In this document: in pieces, positions 17,424 to 27,482 of the stretch | Layout: each line of letters opens with the position of its first letter | Numbering within the stretch: position 1 is the stretch's first letter | NCBI GenBank assembly: GCA_030019025.1 | Contig: JASEFR010000003.1 | Location: 19,885-83,884 of the forward strand | Length of the DNA stretch: 64,000 nt | Source: a bacterium | Lineage (GTDB): Bacteria > Hydrothermota > Hydrothermia > UBA1063 | Direction of reading: 5' to 3' | The notes under the pieces: model-generated | What the model was told of the DNA's origin: nothing | What the model saw: the letters and a program-made list of their open reading frames with translations, nothing else | The model's database searches: none | Translations under genes and position numbers: made by a program

Positions 17424-18482
17424 ATGTTTACGATATTTTTCCTTACTATTATTTTGAATTCTTTACCGGTTAAAGCTTTCGGGACTTTTTCCATTGTAGC
17501 CTGTGACACCCTTACCGGTGAAGTTGGAGTAGCAGTTGCATCCAAATTCCTTGCAGTGGGAGCTGTTGTTCCTTTTGCTGAGGCTGAGGTTGGTGCGATA
17601 GCATCTCAGGCCTTTGGTAATCCGACCTTTGGGCCAATTGCTCTTGACCTTTTAAAAAAGGGGTATTCAGTGGATAGTATTTTGAAGTATCTACAAAGTA
17701 TCGATTCTCTTTTTGACAGAAGACAGGTCGGAATTGTTTCGGCTAACGGCACATCCACATCTTGGACTGGAAAAGGATGTATAGCATATGCAGGGCATTT
17801 GAATGGATTTTGTTATGCAATACAGGGAAATATTCTTGTTGGCGACACAGTTCTTAAAGCTATGGAAGCAGCTTTTTTGAACACCGAAGGAGATCTTCCC
17901 GAAAGACTTATTGCAGCACTTGAAGCAGGAGATAAAGCTGGTGGCGACGCCAGGGGTAGGCAGTCAGCAGCCCTTCTTGTAATGAGAAAAAATGGTGGCT
18001 ACGGTGGATATTCTGATAAGTATGTGGATATCAGGGTTGACGATCATCCTGATCCTGTATCAGAGCTAAAGAGAATTTATAAAATATGGGAAAGATTCTT
18101 CCTGATCGACGCCCATGGAAGATTAGGGGATGAATACCTCAAAGGAGGAAAGAAGGAATTAGCCCAGATGGAGTATGGACGTGCCATGAAGATCCTTAAA
18201 GAAGTTATTGCTGAAAATCCCAGCGATCCTGATTTGCTTAATGAAGTTGCATGGTTTATGGTACTTAGAGATATTGAACTCTCCAGGGCTAAAGAGCTAA
18301 TTGATAAAGCACTTCAAATCAAACCGGAAGATGCAAATATACTTGACACTGCCGCCCTTATCTATTTTAAACTTGGATACCGGAAAAAGGCTATTGAATT
18401 TGAAGAGAAGGCAGTTAAGCTTGACCCTGAAAATAGCTACTTTAGAGAAATGCTGGAAAAATTCAAAAAGGGTAGTTTGTGA
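17424..18482 (+). CDS. DUF1028 (Ntn-hydrolase-like) domain fused to C-terminal TPR repeats
   Basis: FGTFSIVACD N-terminal nucleophile-type motif typical of DUF1028. The C-terminal ~110 aa has TPR-like A/Y/L spacing. The start was set at the ATG preceded by a GAAGGAGG RBS. Confidence 0.55.
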   Translation: MFTIFFLTIILNSLPVKAFGTFSIVACDTLTGEVGVAVASKFLAVGAVVPFAEAEVGAIASQAFGNPTFGPIALDLLKKGYSVDSILKYLQSIDSLFDRRQVGIVSANGTSTSWTGKGCIAYAGHLNGFCYAIQGNILVGDTVLKAMEAAFLNTEGDLPERLIAALEAGDKAGGDARGRQSAALLVMRKNGGYGGYSDKYVDIRVDDHPDPVSELKRIYKIWERFFLIDAHGRLGDEYLKGGKKELAQMEYGRAMKILKEVIAENPSDPDLLNEVAWFMVLRDIELSRAKELIDKALQIKPEDANILDTAALIYFKLGYRKKAIEFEEKAVKLDPENSYFREMLEKFKKGSL

Positions 18483-18511
18483 GTTTGAATTAGGGCGTTT
18501 ATAATATCCAT

Positions 18512-18976
18512 ATGGCTGAACCGCTGAAAGTTTTAGATGTTTTGTCTTTTGTAAGACCAGTCAAACTTGATACTCCAATTTGCGAAGTAGCCCGAATAAT
18601 GAGAGAAGAATTTACTTCTTTGGTGCCAGTAGTTGATGATCAGGGTAAATTGTTAGGTGTAATATATGCCGAAGATTTACTTGCACCTTTTATTCCAGAA
18701 TTTTTTGATCTTATGAAGGACTTTGATTATGTAACGACCTTTGGTGTGTTGGACTATGAGGTTTTTTCAGATTTTACTTATAAGTTGTTTCTTGCTGCAG
18801 ATGTTATGCAAACAAACTTTGTAGCACTCAAACCTGAGGATTCTATTTTAAAGGCAATATTTTATTTTACTAAGGAAAGAAGGACCTGCCTCGCAGTTAC
18901 AGATCGTGAAGGGTATTATAAAGGTGTTATTTCAAGACTTTCTATTTTGGAAAGGCTATATGGAAATGGTAAGTAG
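18512..18976 (+). CDS. CBS-domain pair protein
   Basis: Two CBS-like beta-alpha-beta-beta-alpha units (e.g. VPVVDDQGKLLGVI...). It overlaps the downstream permease gene. Confidence 0.55.
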   Translation: MAEPLKVLDVLSFVRPVKLDTPICEVARIMREEFTSLVPVVDDQGKLLGVIYAEDLLAPFIPEFFDLMKDFDYVTTFGVLDYEVFSDFTYKLFLAADVMQTNFVALKPEDSILKAIFYFTKERRTCLAVTDREGYYKGVISRLSILERLYGNGK

Positions 18977-20246
18977 TAAATATTTGCTCATTGTTATTTT
19001 TGTCGTTAGTTTTTTGCTTATTGTGTGGGAAAGGTGGCATAGAACCGTTGTTTCTATGTTATCAGCAGTTGCAGTGATCATTTTGGGATATCTTACGCCT
19101 CATGAAGCCTGGAATTTCATCGACTTCAATACGCTGGGACTTTTGCTTGGGATGATGATCATCGTTTCCTTTTTCAGGCGTACCGGATTTTTCGAGTACA
19201 TTGCTATAAAGGCAATTAAAGTATCTAAAGGTGATTATTTCATTTTGTTCGCCTTTTTTTTCATTCTTACAGGTGTCGTTTCAGCTTTTCTTGATAATGT
19301 TACAACCGTTCTGGTTTTTTCGCCGATAATCATTCTCGTTACCAAAATGACAGGGGTTTCTCCATTTCCATACCTAATTGGAGAGATTATAGCTTCAAAT
19401 TTAGGTGGCACTGCAACATTAATTGGCGACCCCCCGAATATTATAATTGGTAGTGCTTCAGGGTTGTCATTTAATGATTTTATAACAAACTTGACACTTC
19501 CAGTTATAGTCACTATGGTGTTAACAGTTTTCCTCCTTAAATGGATGTTTAGTAAGGACTATAAAATCTCAGGAAAATTTGACCTTTCTCGTGTTAAAAT
19601 TGATGAAAGAAGTGCCATCAAAAATAAGGGGCTACTTGTAAAGACTCTTATTGTTTTTGGTTTTGTTATAATGGGTTTTGTTCTTCACGATAAACTGGAA
19701 ATTTTGCCTTCAATCGTAGCTTTGACGGGGGCTATCGTCCTACTCTTTTTAAATAACGAGAATCCTGAGTCTTTTTTTCATGAAGTTGAATGGACTACCC
19801 TGTTCTTTTTTGGCGGTCTTTTTATACTTGTAGGTGCTTTGGAGAAGTTCCATATAATTGAAAGTATTGCAAATTTTCTTCTAAAATTTTCTAAAGGCGA
19901 ACTAACACTCATTCTGATAATTGGCTTTTTATCCTTCTTTTTTACTACAGTAATGGGTTCAATCCCCTTCGTTGTAACCATGGCTCCAATTATTAACACG
20001 ATCATAGGTAAAATGCCTAATATTCACGGAGAAGCCCTCTGGTGGACTTTGTCTCTTACTTCTTGTTTTATGGGAAATGCTACTTTAATTTCGGCAGCGG
20101 CGAACCTTGTGGTTGCCGATATCTCTGGAAAGACGGAGAAAAGAATAACCTTTAAAAACTATTTAAAGTATGGGTTTCCCGTGTCGGTTTTTACTTTTAT
20201 TATTTCAATGTTTTATGTGATTATAAGGTACTACTTGTTAGGGTGA
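18960..20246 (+). CDS. ArsB/NhaD-superfamily anion permease (CitMHS/Na-sulfate symporter-like)
   Basis: About 12 hydrophobic helices with duplicated halves and GxxxP-type loops. Pairing of a CBS gene with this permease family is common. The start was chosen at an internal Met near the CBS gene stop. Confidence 0.65.
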   Translation: MEMVSSKYLLIVIFVVSFLLIVWERWHRTVVSMLSAVAVIILGYLTPHEAWNFIDFNTLGLLLGMMIIVSFFRRTGFFEYIAIKAIKVSKGDYFILFAFFFILTGVVSAFLDNVTTVLVFSPIIILVTKMTGVSPFPYLIGEIIASNLGGTATLIGDPPNIIIGSASGLSFNDFITNLTLPVIVTMVLTVFLLKWMFSKDYKISGKFDLSRVKIDERSAIKNKGLLVKTLIVFGFVIMGFVLHDKLEILPSIVALTGAIVLLFLNNENPESFFHEVEWTTLFFFGGLFILVGALEKFHIIESIANFLLKFSKGELTLILIIGFLSFFFTTVMGSIPFVVTMAPIINTIIGKMPNIHGEALWWTLSLTSCFMGNATLISAAANLVVADISGKTEKRITFKNYLKYGFPVSVFTFIISMFYVIIRYYLLG

Positions 20247-20869
20247 GGAAGTTGATTTTAACTATAAAACAGAAAGCCGTTCTTGATTTTATACAGCAGT
20301 TTATACTTACTCATGGGTATCCACCCACAATTAGAGAGATTGCTGAGGGATTAAATCTTGGATTGAACAGTATATACAGCATTCAGAGGCATTTAAAAGC
20401 TCTGGAAGATAAAGGCTTCATAAAAAGAAATCCCAGAAAACCAAGAGGAATTGAACTTTTACATTTTAAGCTTTCAAATGCAGCTATGATACCCCTCGTG
20501 GGAAAGGTATCAGCAGGATTTCCAATTCCTGCTATAGAAGAGGTTGAGGGTAATGTGGTGTTTGATACACTTTTTATAAGGGACGCTAACAATACGATAG
20601 CTTTGAGAGTAAAGGGTGATAGCATGATAGGCGCAGGGATTTACGACCGAGATATTGTTGTGGTAAGACTTGGAGCAGTTATAAAAAATGGTGATATTGT
20701 GATTGCTTTTGTGGATAATGAAGTTACGTGTAAACGTTTTAAGGAAGTTAACGAGTTTGTATACCTTATACCCGAAAATCCGGCGTATAGAGAAATAAAG
20801 TTAAGAAAAGAGGAAGCCAGGCTTTATATTCTTGGGAAAGTGATTGCGCTTTTTAGGAGGTTAGAATAA
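20243..20869 (+). CDS. lexA: LexA repressor (S24 peptidase)
   Basis: N-terminal winged HTH, an AG-like cleavage region (VSAGFP), Ser nucleophile in GDSM and the Lys in the KR motif. The 4-nt overlap with the permease gene indicates co-transcription. Confidence 0.85.
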   Translation: MRKLILTIKQKAVLDFIQQFILTHGYPPTIREIAEGLNLGLNSIYSIQRHLKALEDKGFIKRNPRKPRGIELLHFKLSNAAMIPLVGKVSAGFPIPAIEEVEGNVVFDTLFIRDANNTIALRVKGDSMIGAGIYDRDIVVVRLGAVIKNGDIVIAFVDNEVTCKRFKEVNEFVYLIPENPAYREIKLRKEEARLYILGKVIALFRRLE

Positions 20870-21372
20870 TGCCTGACATTTTACAGATTTTTTCGGACTA
20901 TTTTTTGAGAAAAATTGACGAATCGGAAGTGGGCGAATTCAAAATTAAAATACCTCAGGATTTAATTGAATACGTTTTAAAGTTTTACCTTCAACCTTAC
21001 CTTGCAGAAATGAAAGTCAGTTTTTCTGAGAAGGGTTTGGAAATAGAGGGGACCAATATCTTTCCCGTTTGTTTAAAACTACAAATAGGTGAGGTACGAT
21101 GGGACAAAGAGCAAAAAGTGGTGGAATTTCAACTTAATGTTTCTGATCTTGTTTACAACTTCATACGGTCCCCTTTGCAACTGTTGAAAGAAAGAACAAA
21201 AGAGATAATAACTGTAAATAATAAGGAGATCTTTATTAATTTCGAAAGACTATTTAGCCTGAAGCCCCAGTGGAACAGCATTACTTTTGCTCTGCGAAAT
21301 AAAGTAAGGTTAATCAATATCAGGTTTATAAATGGCTACCTTGAATTAGTTTTTGAGAGAGTTAAGCCTTAA
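20869..21372 (+). CDS. hypothetical soluble protein, translationally coupled to lexA (TAATG)
   Basis: 167-aa ORF with no TM and no recognised motif. The lexA stop and this start overlap. Confidence 0.45.
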   Translation: MPDILQIFSDYFLRKIDESEVGEFKIKIPQDLIEYVLKFYLQPYLAEMKVSFSEKGLEIEGTNIFPVCLKLQIGEVRWDKEQKVVEFQLNVSDLVYNFIRSPLQLLKERTKEIITVNNKEIFINFERLFSLKPQWNSITFALRNKVRLINIRFINGYLELVFERVKP

Positions 21373-22678
21373 TAACGTTTCCTTCTTTTAACCCTTTAAT
21401 TTTAAAAGCGTTTCTCGTGTCAAGTATCAAATTAGCATGTTTTCTTATAAATTCATAATCGTAACTGGAATGGTTAGTTACCACAATTACAAGGTCGAAT
21501 TTTTTGATATTTTCCTCTGTTAATTCTACGGATTTCAGAGGGATATTATATTTCCTAACAGGGACGAGTTCGGGAAAGAAGGGGTCGTTGTACTCTATAT
21601 GGGCTCCTTCATCTAAAAGGATCTTTATAATTTTCAGTGCGGGACTTTCTCTCATATCGTCAATGTCAGGTTTATAAGAAACACCAAGAATAAGTATTTT
21701 CGCCCCTTTTATACTTTTACCTTGAGAATTTAATGCTCTAATAGCTTTGTCAACTACGTAGTAGGGCATAAGGGTGTTTATTTCACCCGCAAGTTCAATG
21801 AATCTTGTTGTCATATCGTATTCTTTTGCTTTCCAAGAAAGGTAGAAGGGGTCGATGGGAATGCAGTGACCTCCAAGACCCGGGCCGGGATAAAAAGGAT
21901 GGAATCCAAAGGGTTTTGTTTTTGCAGCTTCTATTACCTCCCAGATGTCAATATTCATCCGTTCAAAGATCATTTTTAGTTCGTTAACCAAAGCTATATT
22001 AACCCCCCTATATATATTTTCCAGAAGTTTCACTGCCTCAGCAACTCTTGTAGAAGAAACAGGTACAGTAGTTACAACGATTTGATCGTAAAGTGTTTTT
22101 ATCATTTCAAGACATTGGGGGGTAATTCCACTGACTACCTTAGGAATTGTAGCTGTGGTATATTGCTTGTTGCCGGGGTCCTCCCGTTCGGGAGAGAATC
22201 CAAGGAAAAAATCTTCTCCCACTTTAAGTCCTGATTTTTCAAGTATTGGAAGAACTTCCTCATCCGTTGTGCCTGGATAAGTGGTGCTTTCAAGCACTAT
22301 TATATGGCCCTTCCTTAAGTTTTCCGAAATAGTTTTTGCAGTGTTTAAAACATAGGACAAATCTGGTTCCATATGCTCCCCGAGGGGAGTTGGAACACAT
22401 ATAATTACTGCATCAACTTCTTTTAGTCGAGTAAAGTCAGTGGTCGCTTCAAAAGTTTTTTCTTTAACAGCACTATAAATGAATTCACTCTGAATATGCT
22501 TTATGTAACTTTTCCCTTCATTTAACATTTGAACTTTTTGGGGGTCAACATCGAAACCTATTACTTTAAAACCATTTTTTAGAAATTCGCGAACCAGTGG
22601 AAGTCCTACATAGCCAAGTCCTATTACACCAATTCTTGCTTCTCTTTTTAGAATTTTGTTCTTAAGTTCGTTTATCAT
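21362..22678 (-). CDS. nucleotide-sugar dehydrogenase (UDP-glucose/UDP-ManNAc 6-dehydrogenase family)
   Basis: N-terminal Rossmann GxGxxG (IGVIGLGYVGLPL), a catalytic Cys region (GGHCIP), and 438-aa length. Confidence 0.85.
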   Translation of the reverse strand: MINELKNKILKREARIGVIGLGYVGLPLVREFLKNGFKVIGFDVDPQKVQMLNEGKSYIKHIQSEFIYSAVKEKTFEATTDFTRLKEVDAVIICVPTPLGEHMEPDLSYVLNTAKTISENLRKGHIIVLESTTYPGTTDEEVLPILEKSGLKVGEDFFLGFSPEREDPGNKQYTTATIPKVVSGITPQCLEMIKTLYDQIVVTTVPVSSTRVAEAVKLLENIYRGVNIALVNELKMIFERMNIDIWEVIEAAKTKPFGFHPFYPGPGLGGHCIPIDPFYLSWKAKEYDMTTRFIELAGEINTLMPYYVVDKAIRALNSQGKSIKGAKILILGVSYKPDIDDMRESPALKIIKILLDEGAHIEYNDPFFPELVPVRKYNIPLKSVELTEENIKKFDLVIVVTNHSSYDYEFIRKHANLILDTRNAFKIKGLKEGNVIKA

Positions 22679-22687
22679 ATGCCTCCT

Positions 22688-23257
22688 TTATTTAGCAATC
22701 ACTTCTTTGTAAACAGACCACAATATTCCCGTTGTCGCTGCAAATTTATAAATATCTTCAAGGCCGATAGTAAACTTTTTGGGAACTTCAACGACTGTTC
22801 CGGAAACTATTCCTAAATCATTGAGTTTTAGATTTTTAATTATCGTTTTTCTAAAATTCAGGTGAGTCTTTTTAGAGCCAGAGTAAACCTTTATTCTGCT
22901 TAGATTTGCGTCGGGAAGAGGACCACCGCTTATTGCTATTAGGTCACCAAAGCTAGCAAAGGATGGGAGGTAGTAGATGCCAGGCTTATTTACTCTTCCT
23001 ATTATAGAGATACGATATAAAACAAAAACTGCTATGTCGGGTTCTTTTAAGTATTTTGAGTAAGTCTCAATGAAGTACTCCCTTATATTGCTTTCGTCAA
23101 TGAATGCGACATTTACCCGGCCAATATATGGCAATTCTGCTGTAGTATCCCCGAGCACAAAGATCGTGTCATTAAGCTCTTTGTAATTCGTTGATTTTAT
23201 TGCTATGGCATCTCCGGGGACTAATGCTATCAAAGAAAGAAGCAATGAACTAAACAT
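22688..23257 (-). CDS. SLBB-domain polysaccharide export protein (Wza-like, short)
   Basis: SLBB-like motif GRVNKPGIYYLPSFASFGDLIAISGGPLPDANLSRIKVY. It lies between the Wzc-like and dehydrogenase genes. Confidence 0.5.
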   Translation of the reverse strand: MFSSLLLSLIALVPGDAIAIKSTNYKELNDTIFVLGDTTAELPYIGRVNVAFIDESNIREYFIETYSKYLKEPDIAVFVLYRISIIGRVNKPGIYYLPSFASFGDLIAISGGPLPDANLSRIKVYSGSKKTHLNFRKTIIKNLKLNDLGIVSGTVVEVPKKFTIGLEDIYKFAATTGILWSVYKEVIAK

Positions 23258-25650
23258 TAATCCTCCTTCACAATTTTAAGCTTTTTTATAAGATTGCTTA
23301 GTGAGTTAACATTTTTCCCAGTTTCATGGTGATAATACTTGTAGTACCTGTAATGGCTTTCTGCTCTCTTGTAAAAGTTTAAAACGAAGCCCAAAAGTCG
23401 GATGTTCTCCGGAATAGAAGTTGCAAATTCAATGAGTAATTTTTTAGGTGTGTAATCCGCTCTGACAACAAGTAACAATTGCCCTGCGAAATCTGCAAGT
23501 GTATTTACCTCAGCAACTGGAAGAGCTGGTGGAGTATCAAGGATTACGACGTCAAAATTTTCTGTTAGCAATTCCCTAATTTTCCTGAGATCGAAAACCT
23601 CCAGAATTTTTAAAACATTCAAGGAATTTTCCCCGGCTGGGAGAATGAACAGGTTTTGGTGGAAAGAAGGATAAGGTTTTAAGATGTTTTTTGTTACAAG
23701 CTCTGTAAATCCGTGTTCATTGGGCGTCTTGAAGATTTTATGTAGAGAAGGCTTTCTAAGATCTCCGTCAATTATGAGGGTTTTGTGCCCAGCAAGGCTG
23801 TAAGCGATAGCGAGATTTGCAACGATCGTTGATTTGCCTTCATTCTCTATAATGCTTGTAACGGCGATTATCTTTGGAAATTCTTTCGTCAAAATGTCTA
23901 TATTGAATCTGAGTTTTTTGAAGGCTTCAGCTTCGGGACTTAACGAATTTTTGTGAAGAATTAGATTATTATATTTTTCTCCATCATTGTTTGCAAATGG
24001 TGGAATTTTTCCTAAACAAGGTTTCCCTAATATCATTTCCACTTCGCTAGAGAACTTTACAGAATCATCAATATAATAAAGGGCGAGTGTCAGGAATAGG
24101 CCAAGTAGGCCACCTAAAATTATACTGATGAATATTGTCTGAACCTTCCTTGGTAAAACAGGGGAAGAGGGAACTATTGCAAAGTCGACAATTCTGACAT
24201 CGGAAATTTTTGAGGCCTCTTCTATTTTGGTTTGTTCGAGTTTTTCTAAAAGGAGGTTATATATTCCAGAGAGGGCTTGGATTTTTCTCTTTATTTTACT
24301 GTACATTAAGGCATTCTCAGGGAGTGTTGATATTTTGCTTTCAAATACTCTTAAAGCAGAATCAATTGCGGCATTTTTAGCCGATAAAGTTAGTAATTCG
24401 ACCTGATTTTTAATTAGTTGCTGTATTAGTTGTTGAAAAACAGGATCGGAGGTAGATGGTATAGATTGTTCAATGGATTCCTGCTGTGCTTTGCTCAGCG
24501 AACCTTTTATTTCACTTATTTGATTCTCAATTGCTTTGATTTCAGGGTTTTCTGGGTTATATTTTTCCAAAAGTGAGGCCTTTTTAAGCTCGAGCTCGTA
24601 AAGTTTACTTGTTAAGGCAAGGATTCGTGGGTCTCCGCCGGTTTCCAGGCTGGTAGCAATTTTTGCGTATTCCTTAAAATACCCCTTACCTTGAATCTGT
24701 TCCTTTATAATTGATAGTTCTCTTTCGACCTGTGCTTTTTCAATTATGTTTCTTGTCTTTTCAAATTCTAAATCGTTTAATTTTGAGAAGATGTCTTTCA
24801 AGCTTTCTGATATATTTTCGAGCGCTATAAAATTGTATGTTCCTAGTTTATTTTTTATTGCAGCTAAGTCTTTTTCGTAATCAGTCAATTCCTGTTCAAT
24901 CTTTGTTATTTGCTCTTCCAGGAACAGTCTCAAGGAGCTTGCTTGTAGTTTTGCATCTTCCAGGGTGAATTCATAATAGCCCTTAGCAACGTATTCGGCT
25001 ATGTTTTTCGCTAAGATTGGATCTTTTGCACGTGCTTTAATTACTGCAATAAAGGACTTACCTTCCTGAGAAACCTTGATATTTCTGGAAAGGCTCTTTA
25101 TTGCTGAATTCAAAGGTTTTATAACGAATTTTAAGGTTTTACCATATGCCTTCTCGTTAATTGGGACGACTTTCAAGGCAATATAATCAGTGGAGATGAG
25201 TCTCCCATAAGGTCCTTCGATAAGTTTTACACCCTTTTGGTCAGTTATTGAAAACTTATCCAAAAATAAATTAAGTGCATAATTTCCTGCTGGTGCTGAG
25301 TCGCTTATTGTCAGAGAATCTATTCTTATGTAGTTGTAAAGCTTTTTATCTAATGGTTCAAATCTTAGGTTTAATTGGTCAATTACCTTTTTTAAAATTG
25401 TTTTAGATTTTATTAACTCAAGTTGGGTAGGAATGTCGTTCCAGGGTTGCGTTACACCTGCGAGCACCATTTCAGAAACAGAAGACGCCCCTGGAAGTCT
25501 TATCTTTGTTTCGGATTCGTAAACGGGCTGTTTAAGTAGAATGTAGAGGATAGCGAGAAAAACGGTAGCGGCAAAGGCTAAAATGCCATATTTACCTTTC
25601 CTTATTAAAGCTTCCTTTAAATCCTCAAAACTAAACTCTTCGTTGTTCAT
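23257..25650 (-). CDS. Wzc/GumC-like polysaccharide co-polymerase with C-terminal BY-tyrosine kinase domain
   Basis: N-terminal TM plus periplasmic coiled-coil (Wzz-like), a second TM, and a kinase Walker A (ENEGKSTIVANLA...LIIDGDLRKP). There is a Tyr-rich tail (YRYYKYYHHE). Confidence 0.8.
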   Translation of the reverse strand: MNNEEFSFEDLKEALIRKGKYGILAFAATVFLAILYILLKQPVYESETKIRLPGASSVSEMVLAGVTQPWNDIPTQLELIKSKTILKKVIDQLNLRFEPLDKKLYNYIRIDSLTISDSAPAGNYALNLFLDKFSITDQKGVKLIEGPYGRLISTDYIALKVVPINEKAYGKTLKFVIKPLNSAIKSLSRNIKVSQEGKSFIAVIKARAKDPILAKNIAEYVAKGYYEFTLEDAKLQASSLRLFLEEQITKIEQELTDYEKDLAAIKNKLGTYNFIALENISESLKDIFSKLNDLEFEKTRNIIEKAQVERELSIIKEQIQGKGYFKEYAKIATSLETGGDPRILALTSKLYELELKKASLLEKYNPENPEIKAIENQISEIKGSLSKAQQESIEQSIPSTSDPVFQQLIQQLIKNQVELLTLSAKNAAIDSALRVFESKISTLPENALMYSKIKRKIQALSGIYNLLLEKLEQTKIEEASKISDVRIVDFAIVPSSPVLPRKVQTIFISIILGGLLGLFLTLALYYIDDSVKFSSEVEMILGKPCLGKIPPFANNDGEKYNNLILHKNSLSPEAEAFKKLRFNIDILTKEFPKIIAVTSIIENEGKSTIVANLAIAYSLAGHKTLIIDGDLRKPSLHKIFKTPNEHGFTELVTKNILKPYPSFHQNLFILPAGENSLNVLKILEVFDLRKIRELLTENFDVVILDTPPALPVAEVNTLADFAGQLLLVVRADYTPKKLLIEFATSIPENIRLLGFVLNFYKRAESHYRYYKYYHHETGKNVNSLSNLIKKLKIVKED

Positions 25651-25718
25651 ATCTTTTATTATATATTCTCAGGGAAGAAAAACCAAAATACCAAGGTCAG
25701 ATATGTTTAAGGTGTGGT

Positions 25719-27482
25719 TTGAAAAGTTGTCGAAAAAGTTTTAAATTATTAACTGTGATGAAAGTAAATAAGGTCCTTGCTAAAAAATTCGAAGAACTTG
25801 CAAATGCCCTCGATTTCTTGGGCGAGAATCCTTTTAAGATTCGTGCCTATGTAAAAGTTGCAAGGGTACTGGAAGAACTTCCTGAGGATGTTACGGAAAT
25901 ATATAGAAATCAGGGGTTTGAGGGGCTTGAAAAAATTCCTGGTATAGGGGAAGGGATAGCCAAAAAGATAGTAGAGTTTATAGAAAAGGGTACATTTGAA
26001 AAGTATGAAGAGGTGATGTCAAAAGTTCCGACGGATCTTCTTAAATTGATGGATGTACCCGGTATTGGTCCTCGAACATTGAAATTGGTTCACGACAAAT
26101 TCAAAGTTACAACCGTGGAAGAATTTATCAAAATTCTTGACGACCCTCGCATTCTTTCTTTACCTGGCATGGGGGAGAAAAAAATCGAAAATATCAAGCG
26201 GGGACTCGAACTCTATTTCAGTATGCAAGAGAGAATTCCTCTTGGTATCGCTGTAAGTATTGTAGAGGAAATTATAGAACATATGCGTGAATTGGGGAAA
26301 GTTGAGCTGATTTCTGGGTGTGGTTCTTATAGGAGAATGAAAGAGACTGTCGGTGATATTGATATATTGGTGGTTGGAGAAAATGGCGCAGAAATTATTG
26401 ATCATTTCACGAAGTTCCCTTCAGTGACTGACGTTCTGGCCTCTGGAGAGACCAAAGGGTCTGTGATAATTGATGGAAAGTATCAGGTTGATATGAGGGT
26501 GGTTGGAAGAGAGTCCTGGGGAGCGGCCTTACAATATTTTACTGGCTCAAAGAATCACAACATCAAGTTAAGGACAATAGCAAAGGCTAAAGGATTAAAG
26601 ATTTCTGAATACGGTGTTTTCAGGGATGAGAAGTTCGTAGCAGGTACTGAGGAGGAAGAAGTTTATAATGTCCTCGGTTTACCATGGATACCTCCTGAGC
26701 TGAGAGAAGATCAGGGAGAAATTGAGGCTGCGATAAGCGGTAATCTGCCCCTTTTGGTGGGATACAATGATTTAAAAGGAGATCTTCATGTACATTCTGA
26801 CTACTCTGATGGTACTTCAACTCTTGAGGAACTGGTAGAGTATGCAAGAAGACTTGGCTATCAATATTTAGGTGTATGCGATCACTCGAGGTCTGTTAAA
26901 TATGCTGGTGGTTTAGATATTGACGAGCTAAGGGAAAGAAACAGAGAAATAGATAGGATAAATAAACTATACAAGGATTTCAGACTGTTGAAAGGTGCTG
27001 AAGTTGATATTTTAAGCGATGGTCAGTTGGATTATCCGGATGAAGTGCTTCGTGAACTTGATTTTGTAGTAGCTTCCATTCACATATGGAAGAAGAATGA
27101 GGATGCTACCTCAAGGATTATGCGGGCTATGGAAAATCCCTTTGTCACAATTATTGGGCACCCAACAGGGAGACTTATTGGGCAAAGAGAGGGTTATCAT
27201 GTGGATATTGATGCTGTAGTTGAAAAAGCAGCGAAAACAAAAACTTTCTTGGAGATAAATGCCTACTATGAACGACTTGATTTTAACGATATTAATGCCA
27301 GAAAGGCCAAAGAAAAGGGGGTTTTGTTAGTTATAAATACAGATGCACACCACGTCGGTCAACTTCAAATGATAAAATTAGGGATCGGCCAAGCGAGGAG
27401 AGCATGGCTTGGGCCTTCGGATGTGGTCAATACAAGAAACTTAGAAGAAGTTATAGAACTTTTAAAAATTAAGATCAAATAA
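25719..27482 (+). CDS. polX: DNA polymerase X family protein with C-terminal PHP 3'-5' exonuclease domain
   Basis: Pol-beta nucleotidyltransferase motif (GSYRR...GDIDILV) and PHP motifs (HVHSDYSDG, HPTGRL). The real start is possibly the internal MKVNKVL (25758). Confidence 0.85.
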   Translation: MKSCRKSFKLLTVMKVNKVLAKKFEELANALDFLGENPFKIRAYVKVARVLEELPEDVTEIYRNQGFEGLEKIPGIGEGIAKKIVEFIEKGTFEKYEEVMSKVPTDLLKLMDVPGIGPRTLKLVHDKFKVTTVEEFIKILDDPRILSLPGMGEKKIENIKRGLELYFSMQERIPLGIAVSIVEEIIEHMRELGKVELISGCGSYRRMKETVGDIDILVVGENGAEIIDHFTKFPSVTDVLASGETKGSVIIDGKYQVDMRVVGRESWGAALQYFTGSKNHNIKLRTIAKAKGLKISEYGVFRDEKFVAGTEEEEVYNVLGLPWIPPELREDQGEIEAAISGNLPLLVGYNDLKGDLHVHSDYSDGTSTLEELVEYARRLGYQYLGVCDHSRSVKYAGGLDIDELRERNREIDRINKLYKDFRLLKGAEVDILSDGQLDYPDEVLRELDFVVASIHIWKKNEDATSRIMRAMENPFVTIIGHPTGRLIGQREGYHVDIDAVVEKAAKTKTFLEINAYYERLDFNDINARKAKEKGVLLVINTDAHHVGQLQMIKLGIGQARRAWLGPSDVVNTRNLEEVIELLKIKIK

